From: Paraspadella gotoi
Taxonomy: Eukaryota; Animalia; Chaetognatha
Assembly (NCBI GenBank): GCA_051294375.1
Contig: JBJCIZ010000453.1
Coordinates: 1 to 11,194, forward strand
Direction: 5' to 3'
Length of the DNA: 11,194 nt
This document shows positions 1 through 8,353 of this stretch, one piece after another. Under the pieces are notes generated by a model. That model searched no databases. It saw only the letters and a program-made list of their open reading frames with translations, and was not told the DNA's origin. How positions within the stretch are numbered: the first letter of the stretch is position 1; the number at the start of each line of letters is the position of its first letter. Both the position numbers and the translations under genes were made by a program.

Positions 1-290
1 CAGTATTCTTTTACTAATCTTCTAATGATTTTTTCCAAATCATACTGAGATCAGACTTAATGGTCGGCGCGGGTAGCTTTTTGGATCTGTCAGGATCTTT
101 CGGGGTTTGGACCAGCATCTCGACAGCATCTTGAGTGTTTCCAGGGTCTTCTAGGGAAGCCTATCACCTTTTGTCTAGACCATTCTCGCCATGAGGTATC
201 GAACCCTGAGAACTCACCTTCTGCTCGAGAGAGGCAGTTTTTCCATGACTTTGTGCGGGTGATTCACATTCTTTTCCTGGGGCTAGATTT
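1..290 (-). pseudogene. Degraded coding fragment, possibly the N-terminal part of a retroelement gag/ORF1-like protein; continues beyond the left window edge
   Basis: The minus strand reads LNLAPGKECESPAQSHGKTASLEQKVSSQGSIPHGENGLDKR**ASLEDPGNTQDAVEMLVQTPKDPDRSKKLPAPTIKSDLS, then after a frameshift DLEKIIRRLVKEY. GC is higher than in the flanks. There is no diagnostic motif, so the identity is a guess. Confidence 0.2.
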
Positions 291-524
291 AGTTTTTAAG
301 ATTCCTAATTATTGAAACTTAACTTAATTACATCTGCATTTGTCACTTAGTTTAATTCGTTGTGTTTCTTCTTTCATTAAAATTTTTGCTGTTTTCTACT
401 TAAAATTTTGTACCTGATCAAATATTCCCATTTGTTTTTCATTATAGGTTCTGGTTCATGAATGCAACCGATCTCTATCCTTGTTGCCTTAATATTTCAC
501 ATATTTTCTAATTTGATTCCTTGA

Positions 525-597
525 AAAGAAGAAGAGAGAGAGGACAGAGAGAGAGAAAGAGAGAGAGGTAACGAGAACGAGAGAGAGAGAGAGAGAG
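525..597. repeat. Imperfect (GA)n microsatellite / purine tract
   Basis: Directly visible: aaaagaagaagagagagaggacagagagagagaaagagagagagg...gagagagagagagagag. Confidence 0.95.
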
Positions 598-639
598 CCG
601 GTACCTTTTTCTGTTTAAATTGAAGTGATAAATCAAAAT

Positions 640-900
640 CAAATTTAAAAATAATTAATTAGACGCTCATTACCTTCTGATCAGATACATTAGCTTAATT
701 AAATAAATTAAATAATTCAATATTAATTATTTGGTCAATATCGGTTTCCACTTTGTCTTGCTTCTCACAAAAACAATAATCACGATCACAAAATTAATAA
801 ATTAATTAATTATAAAATAATAATTAATTTAAATTACTTAATTTATCAATAATTAATTAACTTGCAGCTGAATTTACATTTAATATAGAAAGAAAAAGCA
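640..900. repeat. Very AT-rich low-complexity region with recurrent AATTAATT motifs
   Basis: Many ttaattaa/aattaatt words, e.g. at 652-660, 695-712 and 790-860. Confidence 0.7.
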
Positions 901-919
901 AATCTAATAGTAACAAAAA

Positions 920-1225
920 TTTTTGTATTTTCTAAATTTTAACTTCATTTTCACTAGAACGATTCCCATCAAAACTTGATTTTCCTGCTCAAGTCACACA
1001 ATTCCCTACCCACATACAAAACTTCAGTCCAATCGCTCTCAATCCACTCATCAGTAATAAACGTTCAAATAGTGAAATAGATTTTTTTGTTTTTTCCATT
1101 TTAACTCATCTTCCACTGGCCGATGACATCGCAACAAACCCTTTATTATCTGCCAAATTCACCACAATTTCCTACAAAATTCAAGTCATTCCTCCCATCT
1201 CTCATGAGTAATTGGGTGTTTAAAC
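920..1225. repeat. Diverged tandem duplication, two copies of ~155-160 bp
   Basis: Colinear matching blocks: ttttaacttcattttcactag (937) / ttttaactcatcttccactgg (1099); cacaattccctac / cacaatttcctac; acaaaacttcagtc / acaaaattcaagtc; ctcatcagtaat (1047) / ctcatgagtaat (1201). Confidence 0.6.
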
Positions 1226-1357
1226 GAGCGTTCGAGGTTTCAAAATTTTGTTTGATTTATCGAAGTTAAAAACAGCACGGTTGTAAAAGGCATTTCCCAA
1301 ATTGTTTGTTAACATCAAAATAAAGCAATCAAATTATCGATAAAAAAGTGTAAATAA

Positions 1358-2057
1358 ATGGATCTTAAAAACCGTTTCGAGCGTCGTAATCTTCGAGGCA
1401 ACTGAAGAATTTACAAAATCCAAATTTCAAACATTATCTAAAATAACCCAGATTTGCTCGGCCAACCCCTCTTTTCCTCTTCCTTCAATATCCGTCGTCG
1501 CGAACTCCCGATTGCCAATTTGTGGAAACTTGAACTAAGATATTTTCATTGCCTATATCGTTGGACGTTGAGCTCGGTTCATCACACTTACCCGGCGCAC
1601 GCTCCGCCTCCGCCGATACAAATTATTTAAAACTTCCTATACTTCTTGAGACTGATGTACGCATGTTTTTACCGCACAAATTTGGGGGGCTGGACTGACC
1701 GGCACCTACAACACTGGCATTATAGAAAGTTTTATAACCAACAATTTTCATACACAACAAGTAGCAGCGGACCATCAACTAACGGAACTGCTTCAATTTT
1801 CTTTCAAAATGTTCTCATCAACCTCTACTACCCATATCACACAATTTTTTGACTCGAATGATCCCCTTAAACAACATTTCTCAAGTAACTGTTACAGCGC
1901 ACATACCAGTTTCAATTCCGAATCTATTATTTTCTATTTATCCATACACCAGATAAGTTCTCCATTTTTTAATTTACCCTGGCAGAAAACAACTTCTCTC
2001 CAATCGGAACTCGATGGTCTTACAGAAGGAATAAATAATTTCAACGCCATCGGGTGA
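1358..2057 (+). other. Possible frameshifted ORF of unknown function
   Basis: The frame of the listed ORF 1809-2057 is stop-free from ~1656: CTHVFTAQIWGAGLTGTYNTGIIESFITNNFHTQQVAADHQLTELLQFSFKMF...NAIG*, about 133 codons. Upstream frames give long stop-poor stretches starting MDLKNRFERRNLR at ~1358. No family recognised. Confidence 0.25.
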
Positions 2058-2185
2058 ACATTGGCGTGTTAGGAATAATTTTGGCTATATTTTGTGTATT
2101 TTGTTATTTATTATACTCTATGCATTGTATTAATTTTTTTTTAACTTAAAAACGAGATAAAATTGTGACTGAACCGACGGAATAT

Positions 2186-2560
2186 ATGGAACCAGAAAGA
2201 TCCTGACCGACCTACCGGACGCGAGGTAAACTGCTGAGAACACCTGTCCGCGTCCCTCCTCCCAGTATTCGGGACGACGCCGGGAGCTGTTCCGCGTTTC
2301 GTCCCTTCATGCCTCAATACGATCGTCCGCGAGCTGGCATCAAGTCCTGCTCCGCGGGCCTGGCGCGGCGCCTGGGGATCACGTCCAAGATCTGCGGACA
2401 CGCCTGTGCCGCGCCTCGACTGCGCCGACGTGCGACGCGCAGCGGCGCCAGGCGCGCGAGGTTCTGCTCGCGCTGCAAGCGGGAAAGGGGCAGCCTGCCG
2501 GGCGACTGTGCTGGAGGAATTCAACGTTTGCTTCGCCTGCGGCGAAGAAGAGATTTTGAG
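2186..2560 (+). CDS. GC-rich exon encoding a probable death-domain (death-fold) protein, frameshifted in this sequence
   Basis: Sharp GC island with G/C-ending codons. Joining frames gives CLNTIVREL-G-IKSC..GLARRLGIT (2360-2383) ...DAQRRQAREVLL-RCKRERGSL-ATVLEEFNVCFACGEEEIL. This matches the death-domain pattern LARxLG...QxxEMLxxWxxxxGxxAT, with C in place of W. It ends at a plausible donor AG|GTGGGA (2560/2561). Confidence 0.5.
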
Positions 2561-2658
2561 GTGGGATGGATGATTTGGGACGTATTTTCCATGACAGCCC
2601 CATTTTAGTTTTAAATTAGGAAATTAATTTGTTCTTTTTTTTTTTTAAATTTGATATC

Positions 2659-3245
2659 TGGGTTAACAGGGTTAGGTTTAAAGATTATGGTTAGTGATTT
2701 AATAAGGATTTGCGGTTAGCGTTTTTGGTTTAGGATCAGGATAGCGATTAGTGAAGGATTGGGTAGAGTTTTTTGGTTAGGGATCAGGATAGCGATTTTG
2801 TGAAGGATTGGGTAGAGTTTTTGCGTTAGGGATTAGGATAGCAAGTTTAGTGAAGGATTTGGTTATAGAGTTTTTGGTTAGGGATTAGGAAGCAATTAGT
2901 AAAGGACTGGGTAGAGTTTTTGGTTTAAGGATCAGGCATGCGATTAAGTAAAGGATTTGGGTAGAGTTTTGGTTTAGGGATTAGGATAGGATTTGTGAAG
3001 GATTTGGTGTAAAGTTGGTAGGGTAATCAGGATAGCGATTTAGCTGAAGGATTGGGGTAAGATAGCTCTTAGAGTTTTTTGGTTAGGAATCAGGATAGCG
3101 ATTTAGTGAAGGATTGGTAGAGTTTTTGGTTAAGGATCGTGCAGGAAAATGAGGTTATGAATTTAAGAGTAAAGGATTAAGCTATTTAGTTGAGGATTAA
3201 GTATTAGGTCTAGCGTTAAGGATAAGGATAAGGATTAAGTATTGA
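2659..3245 (+). repeat. G/T-skewed minisatellite, ~9 copies of a ~48-bp unit with telomere-like GGTTAG subunits and degenerate hexamer flanks
   Basis: Consensus TTTTGGTTAGGGATCAGGATAGCGATTTAGTGAAGGATTGGGTAGAGT. The AAGGA(T/C)T anchor recurs near 2704, 2754, 2804, 2853, 2902, 2951, 2998, 3047 and 3109. Confidence 0.9.
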
Positions 3246-3429
3246 TTAATATTTTAAAATAAAATAAGTTTTGAAATTAAAATTTAAAATAAAAGGTTTT
3301 GGGATTTGGAAGAGAAAATGACAGGCGCTCTCGGAAAATAGAACCTATATATTCTATATATTTTATTTTTTTACTATTAGTTTTTTTTTTCTCTTCCGGT
3401 CAATTTTTTTTTCCGACTTCTTCCTCATC

Positions 3430-3463
3430 GTCTCTTCTCTCTCTACTCTCTCTCTCTCTCTCT

Positions 3464-3503
<40 letters not shown>
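3430..3503. repeat. (CT)n microsatellite
   Basis: Directly visible tctctctc tract. Confidence 0.95.
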
Positions 3504-3606
3504 CAGATCGGCGAGGCACTCTGTCTCGATTGTCGTCGCTCTTCGGCGTCGTCCGTCGATCTCTCTCGTCGAACGTTGACGCTTGCCGGTGAGCGGCATC
3601 GAAGGA

Positions 3607-3638
3607 GACGACGACGACGCGACGACGACGACGACGAC
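3607..3638. repeat. (GAC)n trinucleotide microsatellite
   Basis: gacgacgacgacgcgacgacgacgacgacgac. Confidence 0.9.
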
Positions 3639-3700
3639 CGAAGAGAGGAAGACGTCAAGAGGGACGAAGTCCTTGTTGTTGTTGTCATTGATGATGGCTC

Positions 3701-3922
3701 GGAGAGAGAGAGAGAGAGAGAGGAAGATGAGAGGAGAGAGAGAGAGAGAGATGAGATGACGAGAGAGAGAGAGAGGAAGAGAGAGGAGGCAGCGCGTAAA
3801 AAATACAGGCGAGAGAGATACAGAAAGGGGAGAGAGCATAGAGAGATAGAAAGAGAGAGGAAAGAAAGAGAGAGAGACGTCAAAAAAAAAACAACAAACA
3901 AAAAAACAAAAAAAAAAAAACA
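3701..3922. repeat. Imperfect (GA)n microsatellite followed by an A-rich tract
   Basis: Directly visible gagagag runs to ~3877, then caaaaaaaaaacaacaaacaaaaaaacaaaaaaaaaaaaa. Confidence 0.95.
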
Positions 3923-4025
3923 ACATAGCAATACCTCTTCTGTTTTGCCGCTCATTCCCCACAAAATATAAATAACATATATCCGTTGTTTCTTTTGTCG
4001 ATTTAGTTTTCATCTCCTCCCCTAG

Positions 4026-4077
4026 GATCGACGACGGCGCGTTGAAGGATCTATCCTCTAGCGATACGAGAGACCAG
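4026..4077 (+). CDS. Candidate small internal exon of the death-domain gene
   Basis: Polypyrimidine acceptor ttttcatctcctcccctag|G (AG ends at 4025) and donor CAG|GTGAAG at 4077/4078. The phase matches the 2560 donor: TTG AG|G ATC gives ILR-IDDGALKDLSSSDTRDQ. If the 4078 donor is unused, the frame stops at TAA 4087-4089. Confidence 0.4.
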
Positions 4078-4241
4078 GTGAAGCGTTAATGCAAGAAAGT
4101 CGCATTCTGATTCTCAAAACCATTATGTTACGATTCTACTTTCTCAACGTTATTCCTATTCAGCTAACAATCTCATTAAACAACTGCCAATTAGCAAACT
4201 TCATAATATTTCATAATTAATTCATGTTGATTTAATGTCTC

Positions 4242-4400
4242 TTTTTTATTTAGTTGAGCCGCGATACTCTCGGTGCAACTGCTTATAGTCACTTTTTGCG
4301 TCTGTCTCTGTCGTCTGTCCCAGTCAGTCGGTCTGGTCCACTTCGTTTTGATGCCTCATAAGTCGGTATGAAAAGGATGCATGAACATGACATGACATGA
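4242..4400 (+). mobile_element. DINE-1/HINE-like (non-autonomous Helentron-type) fragment
   Basis: A T-run, then a short imperfect inverted repeat AGTTGAGCCGCGA (4252) / TCTCGGTGCAACT (4268-4280), then a GTCT/GTCC/GTCG microsatellite (~4300-4340). This order resembles the 5' architecture of DINE-1-like elements. A short (CATGA)n follows at ~4380-4400. Confidence 0.35.
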
Positions 4401-4679
4401 CAGTGTTCCAAGAAATTCCATACAGCATGATTCCTGAAAATACAAATTCATTTTTGTTTAATACTTGGCAGACTGATTAAAGCATGACGTAAATGTTATC
4501 TTGTTTCTATGTTGATTATATTTACTATATATACATTCATTGCGAAATGGCTTAAAACAATCTATTAAACCTACCTTAATCACATTAATTATACTTACTA
4601 AAATCAAATTAATAACATTAATATAAATAAAAGTATAATACTTAATTCATTTATAATAAAATCTTCGAATTCCCTTCAG

Positions 4680-4894
4680 CATATCCGACTTTTTGAGCGA
4701 CGCAGTTAAAGAAACGGGATCGAGTCTGGCAAGCCGTCGCCCTTCAGATAATGAGCGGCAACCATCAAGCTGCTTGGCTCCAAGAGGCAGCGTGAGCCGG
4801 GCACCAAAATCCATCGAGCATGCTTCGGCCTCTTAAGAGGCCAAATCGAGACAAAGAGGAAGGATTTCGGATGCCTCATCTCTCTTCTCTCTCT

Positions 4895-4927
<33 letters not shown>

Positions 4928-4965
4928 AGCTAATTACTTCCAACGATGCCGCCAGCAAGCTCTAC
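4680..4965 (+). CDS. Candidate exon, possibly a second death-fold domain, interrupted by a (CT)n tract
   Basis: Acceptor ttcccttcag|C at 4679/4680 and a GC-richer island. Mosaic of frames: ISDFLSDAVKETG..VWQAVALQIMS..TIKLLGSKRQREPGTKIHRACFGLLRGQIETKRKDFGCLISLL-(CT)n-LITSNDAASKL. Several frameshifts must be assumed. Confidence 0.25.
4879..4927. repeat. (CT)n microsatellite
   Basis: tctctcttctctctcttctctctctctctctcttctctctctctctctc. Confidence 0.95.
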
Positions 4966-5628
4966 CGAACATGAATTCTCACAAACTGAAAAAACAACAA
5001 AATAAAAAGAGAATTGTGTGAACTGACTAATATGACTGCATGCGAATCTCTCATTCGATAAAAAACTTTTGCAATCCTTATTATGAATGAATTACCAATT
5101 TTCTATTTTTTAATTTTACTATTAACGCATTCGGAAGGATGATTATGGCTTCAGAGAGTAAAAATGTAAACGATATGGCCATAACATTAAGAAATGTAGT
5201 ATTATGCCGATTGCAAAGGGGACACGTCTGACCTCCGTTTTATTTAATATTAATATTTATTTTTTTATTTTTTTATTTATTTAAACATTTTATGTCTTGA
5301 TCAATGAACATACAACTCAACATTATTTTTTTGTTATCGATTCAATGTCCAATTGTCCAATAGTAAATTGTCCAATTCCTGTTATGACATCAAAACCATA
5401 AAAAAACCCACTGAAATAGACTTAATTTTCGTCTTTTGCTATTCCTTACATTTTAAAAAAAACAAAAAAACAGCCTCCAGGTTGTTTTTTTTTCGGGGGG
5501 ACAAACATGAGCTTTTGAAAAATTCGCGTTTTATTTCCCTGACAAAGAAGAAAGAAAGAAGCCAGATTGACTGACTGTCTGACTGTCTTCACTTTGTTCT
5601 CTTTTGTTTAAAAGTTCGCCGTTTCCTC

Positions 5629-5690
5629 GGACAATCGACAACGACCGACGAACGGACAACGGAGCGGACGACGACGATAACGGACGACGA
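5629..5690. repeat. Degenerate GAC/GGAC microsatellite; possibly a minus-strand DINE-like GTCC tract
   Basis: ggacaatcgacaacgaccgacgaacggacaacggagcggacgacgacgataacggacgacga, with an A-run at 5748-5758 (a T-run on the minus strand). Confidence 0.5.
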
Positions 5691-5922
5691 TATATTTGGC
5701 AGTCGAGTCCTCCTTCCATTGCTTATGGGGCGTTTCAAATCTCAATTAAAAAAAAAATCTTTCGATATGGACAAAATTGTTTTTCTTCACGGAACTTCAC
5801 TTATCACAACGAAATTACGTGAAATACGTCCAACGAATTAACTTTTGACTTTTGCTTACCAATGCGTTTTCGTTTTACGAAGAAAATCATATTTGGTTGC
5901 TTCGCGAAAATGAATTAAAATC

Positions 5923-7741
5923 ATGAATCGGAGTGATATCAACATTCATCGGCTCACGAAAATGATTAAAAATAAATCAGTTTGACAAAAATGATGAAGA
6001 GAAAAAACCGATTTAAATGGTGAAATATCGCGCCGTAAAAGCTTTTTTCAGCAGCGTTAAGCCGAAATTAAAGTACATCCTATATCAATACATACAAAAG
6101 AAGAACTCCTATTGATGTGAAATCTGCCTTAAAAAGGTTTTCATCGCAGGGCAGGTTGAAAAATACGATCTTATCACACATACAAAGAAAACCCATTCAA
6201 ATGTGGAAATCTTAAATTATGCCTAAAATGTTTTTCATATAAAAAATGTTGCTAAAAAACCATTTAATTATTCATGTCAAAGAAAAAAACTATAACAAAT
6301 TCTGATATTTGTTTCAGAAAGTTATTTATTCATATAAACTACGACTATAATAGCATTATAAAGTTCATAACCAAAGAAACCATTTTAAATGTGAAAGCAT
6401 GTCAAGAAACAGACTTCACGGAGCGGAAATCTAAAACACAATCAGCGAATCATACAAAAAGAGAAGCCATACCTCAGCTGCTGGGAATTTCTGCTCAAAT
6501 GTGTTTTTCACAGTCTTAATCTTAGGACGCATTTATTTGACGAATACTTAAAGAAAAGCCAACTAAAAGTGATTATTTGCCAGATGTCGTTTTCACGAAA
6601 AGAGCATCTTGAGAAAACTAATCTGACTCATTCAAAAAAAAGACCGCAAAAAATTGTCAAGTATACAAATGTGATATTTGTCTATAAATGTTTTCACACA
6701 TCTTCATACTAAAATTTCATTTTCTAACTCACACAAAAAGAATCAAACTATTTACATCGTGACACCTTGTCAGAAAAGCTGTCTCACAGCGTGTAAAATC
6801 TAAAAAAACATTCAGCGAATTCATACAAGAGAAAACCATTTAAAGTGAAGTGTTGAGAAAAAGCTTCTCAGTGGGGGGGAAGTCTTAAAATCACATCAAC
6901 GAATTCATACAAAAGAGAAACCATAACGAATGCTGAATTTGTTCAAATGCTTTCTCATAAACATACTCTTGATATACATTTCTAACTCATTCAAAAGGAG
7001 AAAAAACCATTTAAATGTGAAGTGCTGTGAGAAAGCTTCTCAGTTGGGGGAAGTTCTAAAAAAACATCAACGCATATCATACAAAAGAGAAACCATACTG
7101 AATCTGTGAAATTGTCAAAAATGCTTTTTCCATAAACATACTTCTTGATGTACAGTGTTTCTAACGTCATTCAAACGAAAAACCATTTAAATGTGAAAGT
7201 ATGTCAGAAAAGCTTTCTCACAGGCTGTTTAAATACTAAAAACACATCAGCAAATTCATACAAGAGAAAACCATTTAAATGTGAAGTGTGTGGAGAAAAG
7301 CTTCTCAGTGGGGGGAAGTCTAAAAAACACAATTCAACGAATTCTACAAAAGAGAAACATACGAATGCTGAAATATTGTAAAAAAAATGCTTTTCTCATA
7401 AAACATACTCTTGATATGCAATTTTCAAACTCATTCAAAAGAAAAACCAGTTAAATGCTGAAGTAGGCGGGAAAAGCTTCTAGCTGGGGAAGTCTAAAAA
7501 AAAACATCATCGAATTCATAACAAAAGAGGAAAACCATATGAACTGTGACACACATCTGCCCAAACAACAAATGCTATTTCTCATAAAAATACTCTTGAT
7601 ATGCATTTTCTAATCATTCAAAAGAAAAACCATTTAAATGTGACAGTATTAGCGGAAAAGCTTCTCAAAGATTGGGGAAATCTAAAAAACATCAAACGAA
7701 TTCATACAAAAGAGAACCATACAAATTGTATATACACATAC

Positions 7742-7784
<43 letters not shown>

Positions 7785-8353
7785 TCATACCAAAGAAAAA
7801 TCATTTACAATGCGAGTGTGCGAAAAAAGATTTCACGAGCAGAAACTTTAAAAAAACACATCAACGAATTCGGTACATGAGGAAACACCCTACCAGTGCG
7901 AATTTTGCCAAATGTGTTTTCACATTCGATAGTCTTAGGAAACTTATATGACGCATAACTAAAGAAAAACCACATAAATGTGATACTTGCCAGAAGTCGT
8001 TCTCACGAAAAAGAGCTGTCTTAAAATACGATAATCTGAACTCATCAAAAAAAGACCCGCATTAAATGTGACATTTGTCAAAAATTCGTCTTCAACATCT
8101 AACACTTATAAAAGAGTCATTTTGTGCAACCATACTAATGAGAATTTCTGTCAAGGGAATTTCAGAATCTGATAAAGCTTAAAAGAAGACCTATACAAAT
8201 GTGAAATATGGTTCCAAGTGCCTTTAAACATCTGGAGTCCTTAAACTATCATAATGAAAAACTCATAATAAGAAAAACAATACAAAATGTAGAAATTTGA
8301 TCAAAATTGCTTTTCACAGTCTGTTAATCTCAAACTTCATATTGAGCCACTAG
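5923..8353 (+). CDS. Poly-C2H2 zinc-finger protein, ~26 fingers in one continuous block, heavily frameshifted in this sequence
   Basis: ~84-bp periodic units with CAT ACA AAA GAG AAA CCA TTT AAA TGT GAA (HTKEKPFKCE) linkers and C-x2-C...H-x3-H. Listed ORF fragments show KPFKCEVCGEK, KRIHTKE and THQRI. The start codon is uncertain, and no effector domain is visible in the window. Confidence 0.9.
7729..7780. repeat. (TA)n microsatellite inside the zinc-finger array
   Basis: tatatacacatacataaatatatatatatatatatatatatatatatatata. Confidence 0.95.

Noticed and set aside
2141-2608. Listed ORFs 2141-2524(-), 2379-2603(-) and 2309-2608(+) as stand-alone genes
   Set aside because: GC-rich DNA is stop-poor in all frames. 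The plus ORF holds only parts of the death-domain-like reading.
2659-3245. CRISPR array or true telomere
   Set aside because: The units are contiguous with no unique spacers, and the context is eukaryotic. The array is degenerate and internal rather than a pure terminal repeat.
3299-4013. Four listed ORFs (97-216 aa) rich in SL/ER/RD repeats
   Set aside because: They are translations of (CT)n, (GA)n, (GAC)n and poly-A tracts, which lack stops by composition.
5353-5822. Short ORFs 5353-5574, 5531-5719 and 5604-5822
   Set aside because: Low complexity, overlapping homopolymers and microsatellites, with no motifs.
5923-8350. Programmed frameshifting or RNA editing as the explanation for the zinc-finger indels
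   Set aside because: The indels fall at different positions in near-identical repeat copies, as expected for random sequencing error or decay.
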